Source: Candidatus Woesearchaeota archaeon (GTDB lineage: Archaea > Nanobdellota > Nanobdellia > SCGC-AAA011-G17 > JACPNG01). From it: 64,000 bases of DNA. Location of the stretch: assembly GCA_016185615.1 (NCBI GenBank), contig JACPNE010000003.1, positions 6,265 through 70,264 of the forward strand, read 5' to 3'. The notes beneath the pieces were generated by a model that had not been told where the DNA came from, did not search any database, and worked only from the letters and a program-made list of their open reading frames with translations. The position numbers and the translations under genes were made by a program. Of this stretch, positions 44,575-53,112 are shown piece after piece (the first letter of the stretch is position 1; every line of letters starts with the position of its first letter).

Positions 44575-45119
44575 TATGCTTTGTCCTCTTTTGGGGTTCT
44601 TACGATGTATAATATCACCCCAACAATTATTGCTAAGAATATTAATGAGACTATAAAGGTTTGGTCCCAGTTCTCAGCAACATAATCCAAAATCGGGAAT
44701 AACCACCCAATTGAATTCATGAAGACTGCTAACACTGCAACAAATAAAACAAATATCAAAAATAGTTTCCAATTTTTATGTTTATCAAAACTAAATGGTT
44801 CATCCCCACTAACTAATGCTCCTGCTAACATCATAAAACTAACTATTATGACTAAAATTAAGGCTATTTGGGGCATTGATTCCCTTATTGAAAATACAAT
44901 CTCTTTTGTCACAACAACAAATAATGCTATAACAAAAGCAACCATTGAATTGACGCTTTTTCTTGTTACTTGAGCATCTCCCTCTTTCTCCCTACCAAAT
45001 ATTGCCGATTTCTCCAGAATAGCATAAACTATTGTAAAAACAAGTAAGAAAGGAAGTATAACATTAAAAAATCCAAAATTTTCTAAAAAATCTAGTGCGT
45101 TCTCTAAAGGCGTAGCCAT
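44574..45119 (-). CDS. polytopic membrane protein, paralogue 1 of tandem family
   Basis: 181 aa. FLENFGFFNVILPFLLVFTIVYAILEKSAIFGR...MVAFVIALFV. Confidence 0.6.
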   Translation of the reverse strand: MATPLENALDFLENFGFFNVILPFLLVFTIVYAILEKSAIFGREKEGDAQVTRKSVNSMVAFVIALFVVVTKEIVFSIRESMPQIALILVIIVSFMMLAGALVSGDEPFSFDKHKNWKLFLIFVLFVAVLAVFMNSIGWLFPILDYVAENWDQTFIVSLIFLAIIVGVILYIVRTPKEDKA

Positions 45120-45149
45120 AATCTACTAAAGAATAAATAGTATAAAAAT

Positions 45150-45425
45150 TTATTCCTTCTCTTCTTCTTTTTCTTCGTATGAAGGTATGGCTGATTTGCT
45201 AATTATTACTATGTCACCTATTGCCTTAACAAACTGATGAGGCACAATAACCCCTTTTGCTCCACCTAAAACCCTTGTTAAGAATGAATTTTTTGTTGCT
45301 CTAATTCTCCATCCAGAAATCTTATTCATAGTTAAAATGCCTTCTTCTATCTCTCCGAAATAATCTCCAGAATCAGTATAAACCTTCATATCATATGCGT
45401 CACTTATGTGTTTTATCTTTAGCAT
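45150..45425 (-). CDS. PRC-barrel domain protein
   Basis: 91 aa. ..YDMKVYTDSGDYFGEIEEGIL...VIVPHQFVKAIGDIVII is the typical PRC-barrel pattern. Acidic tail. Confidence 0.7.
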   Translation of the reverse strand: MLKIKHISDAYDMKVYTDSGDYFGEIEEGILTMNKISGWRIRATKNSFLTRVLGGAKGVIVPHQFVKAIGDIVIISKSAIPSYEEKEEEKE

Positions 45426-45482
45426 TTTTACCTCCCTATGGTTTTAGAAAGTATTTTAAGTATTTAAAAATTTATCTCCAAA

Positions 45483-46151
45483 ATGGAAACTTACAAAAAC
45501 TTAATTATTATAGGAACATCTCATATTTCAATAGAAAGTGTAAAGGAAGTTGAATCTATAATTATCAACAAAAAACCAGAAATTGTTGCTATAGAACTTG
45601 ATAGATTAAGATATAGGGCATTAACATCAGAAGGCAGAAGGGTTGGTATAAAAGACATTAAATACATAGGTGTAAAGGGATATCTTTTTGGTATGTTTGG
45701 GGCATGGATTGAAAAACAACTTGGGAAGATTGTCAATGTTAAACCAGGTTCTGAGATGATAAAAGCTATAGAATCTGCAAAAAAAGTGGATGCAAAGGTA
45801 GCATTGATAGACCAAGACATAAGAATAACCTTAAAGAAGATATCAAAAGAGCTTACATGGAAAGAGAAATTTAATTTTGTTAAAGATATATTTGTGGGAA
45901 TTTTTTCAAAAAATAAAGTTAAAATTGATTTAAGGAAGGTTCCAGATAAGAAGCTGATAAAAGAGTTAGTAATAAAATTAAAAAAAGATTATCCGACACT
46001 CTATAAAGTTCTTATAGAAGAGAGAAACCAGATAATTGCAAAAAACTTAAATAAACTAATGTCTACTGATAAAAGGATAGTTGCGGTCATTGGTGCGGGA
46101 CATACTGATGATGTGCTTGATATTATAAAAAATGAAAATAAACAAAACTGA
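45483..46151 (+). CDS. TraB/PrgY (GumN-like) family protein
   Basis: LIIIGTSHISIESV, EIVAIELD, GSEM, ERNQIIAKNL and VIGAGHTDDV follow the TraB family motif order. Confidence 0.8.
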   Translation: METYKNLIIIGTSHISIESVKEVESIIINKKPEIVAIELDRLRYRALTSEGRRVGIKDIKYIGVKGYLFGMFGAWIEKQLGKIVNVKPGSEMIKAIESAKKVDAKVALIDQDIRITLKKISKELTWKEKFNFVKDIFVGIFSKNKVKIDLRKVPDKKLIKELVIKLKKDYPTLYKVLIEERNQIIAKNLNKLMSTDKRIVAVIGAGHTDDVLDIIKNENKQN

Positions 46152-46875
46152 GATAAAATATTTTGTTATAACTATTTTCTTCGTTACATTAGCATTAGCA
46201 TTTGATGATAAGATGCAAGAATTTGTATTAAGTAATTGGTTAACAAATTTTTTAGTTATATTAATTTTTGTTACAATCGCTGTTCTAGTCCATTATATTG
46301 GCCACAGATTAATGGCACGAAGATATAAGGTTGAAGTGGAGCACAGCATATGGCAAATGAGTCATTTTTACTTTACAAATTTTTTCTCAACAAGATTAAA
46401 AAAATCTGTACCGATTGGAATAATATTATCGATATTTATAAGTTTAGGTTCATTTGGACAAATGTTCTTTATTGCAATAGAATCATTTAATTTTAAGGAG
46501 AACAAACGTAGAAGAGTAGGTTTTAGATATGCAAATTTAACCGAATATGAAGTAGCTTTGATTTCTGCAGCCGGACCATTAGCCAATTTATTTTTTGCAT
46601 TACTGATAAAATTGGTTAATTTGCCATATCTTAATAATTTAATTTTCATAAATTTGTATTATAGCATCTTTCATATGATCCCATTCTCCGAATTAGATGG
46701 AAGTAAAGCACTTTTCAGCTCTCCTTTAATATATGTCTTTTCATTGTCTTTAATACTAATTTCATTATTGTTATTATACTTCTATTCCTTAACAATAACT
46801 GTAATATTATCATTACTTATTGCAATAATATTTACTACAACCTTTTTTATTGTGGTTTATGGGGATAGTTCATAA
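46132..46875 (+). CDS. M50/site-2-protease-like membrane protein with HYxxH in place of HExxH
   Basis: LVHYIGHRLMA (codons cat tat att ggc cac), ISAAGPLANLFFALL and NLYYSIFHMIPFSELDGSK (NxxPxxxLDG-like) match M50 topology, but the catalytic Glu position is Tyr. Confidence 0.55.
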   Translation: MKINKTEIKYFVITIFFVTLALAFDDKMQEFVLSNWLTNFLVILIFVTIAVLVHYIGHRLMARRYKVEVEHSIWQMSHFYFTNFFSTRLKKSVPIGIILSIFISLGSFGQMFFIAIESFNFKENKRRRVGFRYANLTEYEVALISAAGPLANLFFALLIKLVNLPYLNNLIFINLYYSIFHMIPFSELDGSKALFSSPLIYVFSLSLILISLLLLYFYSLTITVILSLLIAIIFTTTFFIVVYGDSS

Positions 46876-47160
46876 AAAAGTAAAAACTCCTTTTTGCAAA
46901 AGCCAAAGAGCGGCAAGCCATGTAAGTATGTTAACTGTGCCGAAAATCGCCAAAATAAGAAGTGCTCCCGAAGCAATATCAATTAAACTTGTTAAAGATT
47001 TAATGAATATCACCCCCTTGATAATTAGATAAAGGCCGAATATCCAAGCCAGATTAGTTATATTGCTTGTATAAATATCAAAACGGAATAAAATCAGTAA
47101 GACTGCTGATATTAGATCCATAATTCCAAAAATATAAATTAACATTTTGGCATGTTTCAA
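46870..47160 (-). CDS. small membrane protein (3 TM)
   Basis: 96-aa hydrophobic ORF in an otherwise uncovered gap. No motif recognised. Confidence 0.45.
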   Translation of the reverse strand: MKHAKMLIYIFGIMDLISAVLLILFRFDIYTSNITNLAWIFGLYLIIKGVIFIKSLTSLIDIASGALLILAIFGTVNILTWLAALWLLQKGVFTFL

Positions 47161-47197
47161 GATTAATTATATAAATCTATCCATCAATTGATAAAAT

Positions 47198-48703
47198 ATG
47201 AACATAAAAAATTTCATACCAAGAGATTATCAAGAAAGTATAAAGAATACCTGTTTGAATAATAATACTCTTGTCATTTTACCAACCGGTTTAGGAAAAA
47301 CAAAAATAGCGTTATTGACTTCTATAGAGAGATTAAAAAGTTTTCAAGATTCTAAAATATTATTTTTAACTCCTACAAAGCCGTTAGCATCACAAATCTA
47401 CTCTGAATTTATAGATTATACGGACGTTGATAAAGAGAAAATATCAATGTTAACTGGAAAAAATAAACCAGAGGAAAGGATTGTTTTATTCGATAATTCT
47501 AGTATAGTTATAGCAACACCACAGACTATACAAAAAGATATTGAAAATAATAGAATTTCATTAGAAAATGTTTCTTTGTTATGTATAGATGAAGCCCATA
47601 GATCAAGACAAAAATTTGCTAATACAATTGTAGCAAAAAATTTCATTGAAAATTCCAAAAATAAAAGAATAATTGCATTAACCGCTTCTCCGGGGGGAAA
47701 TAGGGAAAAGATAAATGACATAATAAATAATTTGTTTATTGAGTCAGTAGAGATCAGAACAGAGGATAGTGAAGACGTATCTGAATATATACAAAAAAAA
47801 GAGAATGAATGGATTACAATAGAGTTTAGTGGGGCTATTAAAGGATTACATAATGAAATTAAGAAAGTTTATGACAATAAGGTATTGGAATTGAAAAAAT
47901 TCGGAATTTATAAGCCTACAAATCTAATAACAAAGAAGGATCTTCTTGGATTACAAATAAGATTTAGAGATTGGATAAGAGAAAATAATCCATTAGCATA
48001 TCGTGGGATTGTGTTAACTTCGCAATTAATTAAGATTGATTACGCATTAGAATTATTAGAAACTCAGACATTAAAAAGTGCATTAAAATTTTTAGAAAAA
48101 ATTAAAGACGATCCATCAAAGTCTGCTAAATCATTGATAAAAGAGCATTGGTTTGAAGATTGTCTGAAAAAAATAAATAAGATGATGGATGAAGGGATTG
48201 AAAATCCAAAAATAAATAAGATGATAGATATAATAAAAGCACAACTAGAGATAAATAAAGATTCAAAGATAATGATTTTTGTAAATTTCAGAAATACTGT
48301 AGATGAAATAACTGAGAGATTAAATAAAATTCAAGATATAAGAGCAATTAAATTGGTTGGACAAAAAGACGGTGTATCTCAAAAAACCCAAATATCTTCA
48401 ATTAAAAAGTTCGAAGATGGTGTGTTTAATGTATTAGTTGGGACAAGTATCTCGGAAGAAGGATTGAATATTTCTGGAGGATCTGATTTAGCAATATTTT
48501 ATGATAATGTATCAACAAGCATTAGAAGAATACAAAGATCAGGAAGAGTAGGAAGAATAAAAGCGGGAAGAATAATATTCTTAATGAACAAAGATACAAG
48601 AGATATTGCTTATTATTGGAAATCAAAAAAAGAAGAAGGAAAAATGAGGAATATACTAAATAATATGAAAGAGAAAAAGTTTATACAAAGAAATTTAAAA
48701 TGA
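47198..48703 (+). CDS. hef: Hef/FANCM-type SF2 helicase (helicase half of a split Hef)
   Basis: Walker A LPTGLGKT, DEAH box CIDEAH, TAS motif ALTASPG, motif VI RIQRSGRVGR. An inserted helical domain lies between the RecA lobes, as in archaeal Hef. Confidence 0.85.
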   Translation: MNIKNFIPRDYQESIKNTCLNNNTLVILPTGLGKTKIALLTSIERLKSFQDSKILFLTPTKPLASQIYSEFIDYTDVDKEKISMLTGKNKPEERIVLFDNSSIVIATPQTIQKDIENNRISLENVSLLCIDEAHRSRQKFANTIVAKNFIENSKNKRIIALTASPGGNREKINDIINNLFIESVEIRTEDSEDVSEYIQKKENEWITIEFSGAIKGLHNEIKKVYDNKVLELKKFGIYKPTNLITKKDLLGLQIRFRDWIRENNPLAYRGIVLTSQLIKIDYALELLETQTLKSALKFLEKIKDDPSKSAKSLIKEHWFEDCLKKINKMMDEGIENPKINKMIDIIKAQLEINKDSKIMIFVNFRNTVDEITERLNKIQDIRAIKLVGQKDGVSQKTQISSIKKFEDGVFNVLVGTSISEEGLNISGGSDLAIFYDNVSTSIRRIQRSGRVGRIKAGRIIFLMNKDTRDIAYYWKSKKEEGKMRNILNNMKEKKFIQRNLK

Positions 48704-49374
48704 ATAAGATAATTATAGATCATAGAGAAAGACCTTCTGGAATAATCAAAGAATTAGCAAAAAAAGATGTGGAGGTAGAAGTAAAACAGCTTATTGTTGG
48801 TGATTATATAATAAAGAGCAAAGATAGCAATAATAAAGAAGTTGTTATAGGAATAGAAAAAAAGACTCAATCAGACTTTCTTAATTCAATAATAGACAAA
48901 AGAATAATCCAGCAATTAATTACATTAAAAGAAAATTTTGATATCCCAATATTAATCATTGAAGGCTCTGATAATATATATGAAATAAGAAATTTCCATC
49001 CAAATTCAATTAGGGGAATGCTTGCCTCGATAGCCATAGATTACAGAATCCCCATAATATTTACAAAAAATATGCGAGATACAGCATCTTTGATCAGAGT
49101 TATAAACAAAAGGCTTGAAAGACCAATAAAGAATATAGACTTATTAACAAAAAGAAAACCATTAACTAGAAAAGAGCAACAAGAATTTATGATAGGAAGC
49201 CTTCCAGGGATTGGTCCTACAATTTCTAAATCATTGTTAATAAAATTTGGTTCAATAGAGAATATAATCAATGCAAAAAAAGAAGAATTGATGACTGTAG
49301 ACAAAATAGGTAAGAAAAAAGCTGAAGAAATTAAGGAATTGCTTAAAGCCAATTATGATTATGTTAATTTATAA
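48700..49374 (+). CDS. ERCC4/XPF-type nuclease with C-terminal (HhH)2 (nuclease half of split Hef)
   Basis: IIDHRERPSG, VGDYII...GIEKKTQSDF (GDxn-E[RK]K-xxxD signature). HhH pairs LPGIGPTISKSLL and VDKIGKKKAEEI. ATGA overlap with the helicase stop. Confidence 0.85.
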   Translation: MNKIIIDHRERPSGIIKELAKKDVEVEVKQLIVGDYIIKSKDSNNKEVVIGIEKKTQSDFLNSIIDKRIIQQLITLKENFDIPILIIEGSDNIYEIRNFHPNSIRGMLASIAIDYRIPIIFTKNMRDTASLIRVINKRLERPIKNIDLLTKRKPLTRKEQQEFMIGSLPGIGPTISKSLLIKFGSIENIINAKKEELMTVDKIGKKKAEEIKELLKANYDYVNL

Positions 49375-49877
49375 GTCTCTAAAACAGTATATTTCGAACC
49401 ATCTTTTGATAAATCACTCCTAATTAGTTCAAATTCATTGATTAATAATTCCTCTTCAAATTTAATTTTAAGTTTATCCCTAAATTCATCTTTCTTTTTA
49501 ATAAATTTCACCCTGCCTAATGTTATGTGTCCATGAAACTTTTCATCATTTGGAAATAAACTTAATAAATTTCCATCTATCTCTTTTTGTAATTCCATGA
49601 CTTTTCCATTTATTCCAACCCAAACAACTTCAATTTTTTTGTTATTTGGAAAAGAGCCAATATCTTTTATTTTTGTCTTAAAAGAATGAAATTTTGTTTT
49701 ATTTAATCTATTTTTTATTTTGTCCAATAATTCTTCATCAACCTCTCCAAGAAATTTTAATGTACAATGAAATGAGTTTACAAACTTTATTTTTGCTAAT
49801 CCTTTAAATTGTAATTGTATTAATCTGAGTTTTTCTGATATTTCTTTAGGAATTTTTATTGCTATAAACAGTCTCAT
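49359..49877 (-). CDS. thpR: RNA 2',3'-cyclic phosphodiesterase (ThpR/LigT, 2H family)
   Basis: MRLFIAI start and two HxT/S motifs (FHCTLKF and GHITLGR). 172 aa. Confidence 0.8.
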   Translation of the reverse strand: MRLFIAIKIPKEISEKLRLIQLQFKGLAKIKFVNSFHCTLKFLGEVDEELLDKIKNRLNKTKFHSFKTKIKDIGSFPNNKKIEVVWVGINGKVMELQKEIDGNLLSLFPNDEKFHGHITLGRVKFIKKKDEFRDKLKIKFEEELLINEFELIRSDLSKDGSKYTVLETYKLT

Positions 49878-49908
49878 ATTAATTAAGGGATATTAGAACA
49901 AATAAAGT

Positions 49909-51033
49909 TTATCCAAACATTGATATGTGGTCACTTTGTTCTTCTGATCTAACTTTTTTTATCGACTCAACAAAATCATTATTATTTACATTATATCTAT
50001 TTTTTCTTATTGCGATATAACCTGCCTCCGTGCATATCGCTTTTATTTCTGCTCCAGAAAAACTTTCAGTATTTTTTACTAATTGATTTAGATCAACATT
50101 ATTAAGATTCATATTTTTTATATGTATCTTTAGTATTTCTTCTCTTTCTCTCTCATTTGGCAGATCTATTTCGATCAATCTATCTAATCTTCCCGGTCTT
50201 AAAAGAGCTGGATCTAATACATCAATTCTATTTGTAGCCCCTATAAGCTTAACATTGCTAAGTGGCTCAAATCCATCCAGCTCAGATAAGAACTGCATAA
50301 AGGTCCTCTGCACCTCTCTTTCCCCAGAAGTACCTACATCCATTCTTTCAGAAGCTAAAGCATCTATTTCATCTACAAATATTATGCTTGGTGCTCTCTC
50401 TTTAGCAAGTTTGAATATATCCTTGACTAATTTTGCACCTTCCCCTATATACTTTTGATTTAATTCTGATGCAACTACCTCGATAAATGTGGCTTTTGTT
50501 GAAGCTGCAACTGCTTTGGCTAGTAATGTTTTTCCAGATCCTGGTGGACCATACAATAAAATTCCTTTTGGGGGTTCAATGCCTACTTTTTCAAATATAT
50601 GCGGTTTTGTTAATGGGAGCTCTATAACTTCTTTTATTTCCATTATCTGTTCTTTTAGTCCACCTATGTCCTCCCATGAGATATTTGGTTTTTCTATGAT
50701 AACAAAATTTTCTACATCGTAAGATTTGTGGCTTTCTAACTTATCAACTATCATTAATGATCTCTGCTCGACAAAAACTTCATCATTAACTTTTAGTTTA
50801 CCTACGAGGTGATTAGAAACCTCAACCAAGAAATTATTTCCATTAGGTAGTTTTATTATTATCTTGTCATCTATAATATTTTTTACATGACAGAGTATTA
50901 ATGGTTTTTTTCTAAATTTATTTAATTCATTTTTCAAATGAATAATTGTTGCTTTTAATACTTTATTTTCACTTTCAATAGACAAGTTAGAATTAGTAAT
51001 GACATCGTCATATGATCTGGAGTTTACTTCCAT
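49909..51033 (-). CDS. pan: proteasome-activating nucleotidase PAN (AAA+ ATPase)
   Basis: N-terminal coiled coil, OB region, Walker A GPPGSGKT, Walker B IIFVDEIDA, second region of homology ..ATNRIDVLDPALLRPGRLDR. Confidence 0.9.
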   Translation of the reverse strand: MEVNSRSYDDVITNSNLSIESENKVLKATIIHLKNELNKFRKKPLILCHVKNIIDDKIIIKLPNGNNFLVEVSNHLVGKLKVNDEVFVEQRSLMIVDKLESHKSYDVENFVIIEKPNISWEDIGGLKEQIMEIKEVIELPLTKPHIFEKVGIEPPKGILLYGPPGSGKTLLAKAVAASTKATFIEVVASELNQKYIGEGAKLVKDIFKLAKERAPSIIFVDEIDALASERMDVGTSGEREVQRTFMQFLSELDGFEPLSNVKLIGATNRIDVLDPALLRPGRLDRLIEIDLPNEREREEILKIHIKNMNLNNVDLNQLVKNTESFSGAEIKAICTEAGYIAIRKNRYNVNNNDFVESIKKVRSEEQSDHISMFG

Positions 51034-51102
51034 AATTTAAAATTAAATCCTTATTGTTTATAAAGATTTATCTTACGATTAAACAATTAATATATTATTT
51101 AA

Positions 51103-52122
51103 TTAAGAGTATGCTTCTTTTCTTAATTTTTCTAAAGAGGTCCTATTTTTATTAAATGTTTTTAATAGATTGTTTATTTCTTTTGCCAAAGAAGATTTCA
51201 AATCCTGTGGATGTAATTTTTTATTGATAAAATCATTTTCTATTTCTTCATAGTTGTTATAGACTATATTCCCCCCATATTTCTGGTCTCTTTCTATAAC
51301 AAATTTTTCTTTATTATCTATTTTTATTGGTATTATTACATGCTTCAAAAAAGCTAATAGTCCATTATTCTCAACTATTCCAGCCTCACAATGGGCTTTT
51401 TTCAGTTTAGATACAACTGTTGATTCATTATCTAATAAATCTATTTTACTACTAGGATCAGAAGCACTCATTTTCTTGCCCATTAATCCCGGAATCATTG
51501 GAGTCATAATCTCAATTCTTGGTTTATAACTTAGTTTAGGTAAGTTTTCTCTAGCAAATACTAAAATTTTTCTTTGATCTACTCCACCGTATTGAACATC
51601 AATTCCTAAATACTCTTCATCTAAAGACTGCATTATTGGATAGATTAATCCACTTAATTTTGGATTATCTCCCATTTTAACAACTTCGGATGCTGCTCTT
51701 GTAGTATCATTAATAGTTGTAAATGTGCTCATTCTTAAAACATCAAAAAAATATTTACTACTTAATTGAAAGTCTGATCCTTTGACTATCTCAAAATTTT
51801 TAATGTCAGTATTAATAGATTTAAACATTAGAGGAATTACTTCTTTGTAATATTTAAATCGTTTATCTAACTTGTCCCATGGTGTATTGTCCAATGCTCC
51901 GTGTAAATCTGCTAATAACAATTTGACTTTAAATCCAGCTCTTAAAAAATCAGACAATTTTAATACCCAAATAAAATAAGCTATATGTGGTTGTCCTGTA
52001 ACTGCTGTTCCAAGATAAACTGAGGGTTTTTTCTTTTTGGTTAATAAATCAATTAATTCTTTCTCGGTTATTATCTCTTCCGTATTTCTTTTTATGAGCT
52101 CTAATTTTATTCCAATATCCAT
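51103..52122 (-). CDS. tyrS: tyrosyl-tRNA synthetase (archaeal type)
   Basis: Class I motifs GQPHIAY (HIGH variant) and KMSAS (KMSKS), with LLADLHGALDN. The 339-aa length fits archaeal TyrRS. TrpRS is not formally excluded. Confidence 0.8.
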   Translation of the reverse strand: MDIGIKLELIKRNTEEIITEKELIDLLTKKKKPSVYLGTAVTGQPHIAYFIWVLKLSDFLRAGFKVKLLLADLHGALDNTPWDKLDKRFKYYKEVIPLMFKSINTDIKNFEIVKGSDFQLSSKYFFDVLRMSTFTTINDTTRAASEVVKMGDNPKLSGLIYPIMQSLDEEYLGIDVQYGGVDQRKILVFARENLPKLSYKPRIEIMTPMIPGLMGKKMSASDPSSKIDLLDNESTVVSKLKKAHCEAGIVENNGLLAFLKHVIIPIKIDNKEKFVIERDQKYGGNIVYNNYEEIENDFINKKLHPQDLKSSLAKEINNLLKTFNKNRTSLEKLRKEAYS

Positions 52123-52168
52123 ATAGAAGTATAAAAATTAATTTAAATATAAATCTATCTATGGACAT

Positions 52169-52768
52169 ATGCCATATAGAGAAGATACAAAGTATAATGG
52201 TCCGATTTTGTTATATGGAAAGAAAATTGCTGTTATGGATGATTCTAGATGGGATTTTTTGAATAGACTTAAAATTTTTAAAGATAAGAAAGTTAAAGAT
52301 TTACAATTAGAATTAGAGGTAAGTAGCCTATATTTTCCCGATAAAAATTCCCATAGATCATTATATCTAATCAAACAAAGAAAACCCCCTCAAAAAGAAA
52401 AAGAAAGAATTAGATTAAAAGAAGGAAGAGAAAAAGCAAATTTTTTGTATAAACGTGCAAAAAATAGGATTATAGGGATGTGTAAATGTTATGATTATTT
52501 TGAAGACGTAATCGGAGAAAAATTCAATTTAAAGCGAATCTTCTATTTTAATGGTGTAATACATCTTCCTGATAAAAGTTTTTATGAATTAGAAGATAGA
52601 ATTGATTCCATTGCCAGAGAAGAGAGAAAATATGTGATAGAAGTAATAAAAAATTTAAAATCTGGTGATTTGAGTAAATTGGAAAAAGCAATATTAGACA
52701 ATAAAAGAAGTTTCAAAATATCAATTCCTAAGAATGGTAAACCAGTCATATTAAGGTTTGTCCTATGA
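52169..52768 (+). CDS. hypothetical protein
   Basis: 199-aa basic ORF with no motif. Preferred over the antisense 71-aa ORF 52159-52374. Confidence 0.45.
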   Translation: MPYREDTKYNGPILLYGKKIAVMDDSRWDFLNRLKIFKDKKVKDLQLELEVSSLYFPDKNSHRSLYLIKQRKPPQKEKERIRLKEGREKANFLYKRAKNRIIGMCKCYDYFEDVIGEKFNLKRIFYFNGVIHLPDKSFYELEDRIDSIAREERKYVIEVIKNLKSGDLSKLEKAILDNKRSFKISIPKNGKPVILRFVL

Positions 52769-53112
52769 AAGAATCTACCCTATTAAAAATCTCTTTATGC
52801 TTTTCCTTGATTGGTGTATTTATCATCTTGATTATTGCAGAAACTTTGGAAGTAAAACAATATGGGATTTCATCAATAACAGATAAAGAGGTTGATAAAA
52901 AGGTTAAGATTGTTGGAACTATCTCATCAATCGTTGAAACTCCAGGATTATTTATACTGGATATAATAGATGAAACTGGGAAGATGAAAGTTGTTATATT
53001 TAAGGAAGATGATTTGGGATTTAACAAGTATGATGAGATAGAAGTTACTGGAAAAGTAATAAAATATAGAAATTATCTTGAAATAGAGGCTGAAACAATA
53101 AGTTTATCATGA
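52765..53112 (+). CDS. membrane-anchored OB-fold (tRNA_anti-like) protein
   Basis: N-terminal TM (LLKISLCFSLIGVFIILIIA), then VKIVGTISSIVETPGLFILDIIDETGKMKVVIF...IEVTGKV, an OB-fold pattern. ATGA overlaps on both sides. Confidence 0.55.
   Translation: MKESTLLKISLCFSLIGVFIILIIAETLEVKQYGISSITDKEVDKKVKIVGTISSIVETPGLFILDIIDETGKMKVVIFKEDDLGFNKYDEIEVTGKVIKYRNYLEIEAETISLS

Noticed and set aside
52159-52374. 71-aa minus-strand ORF
   Set aside because: It lies entirely within the 5' part of the longer plus-strand 199-aa ORF. Its composition is unremarkable, so the longer ORF is preferred, although neither has a recognised function.
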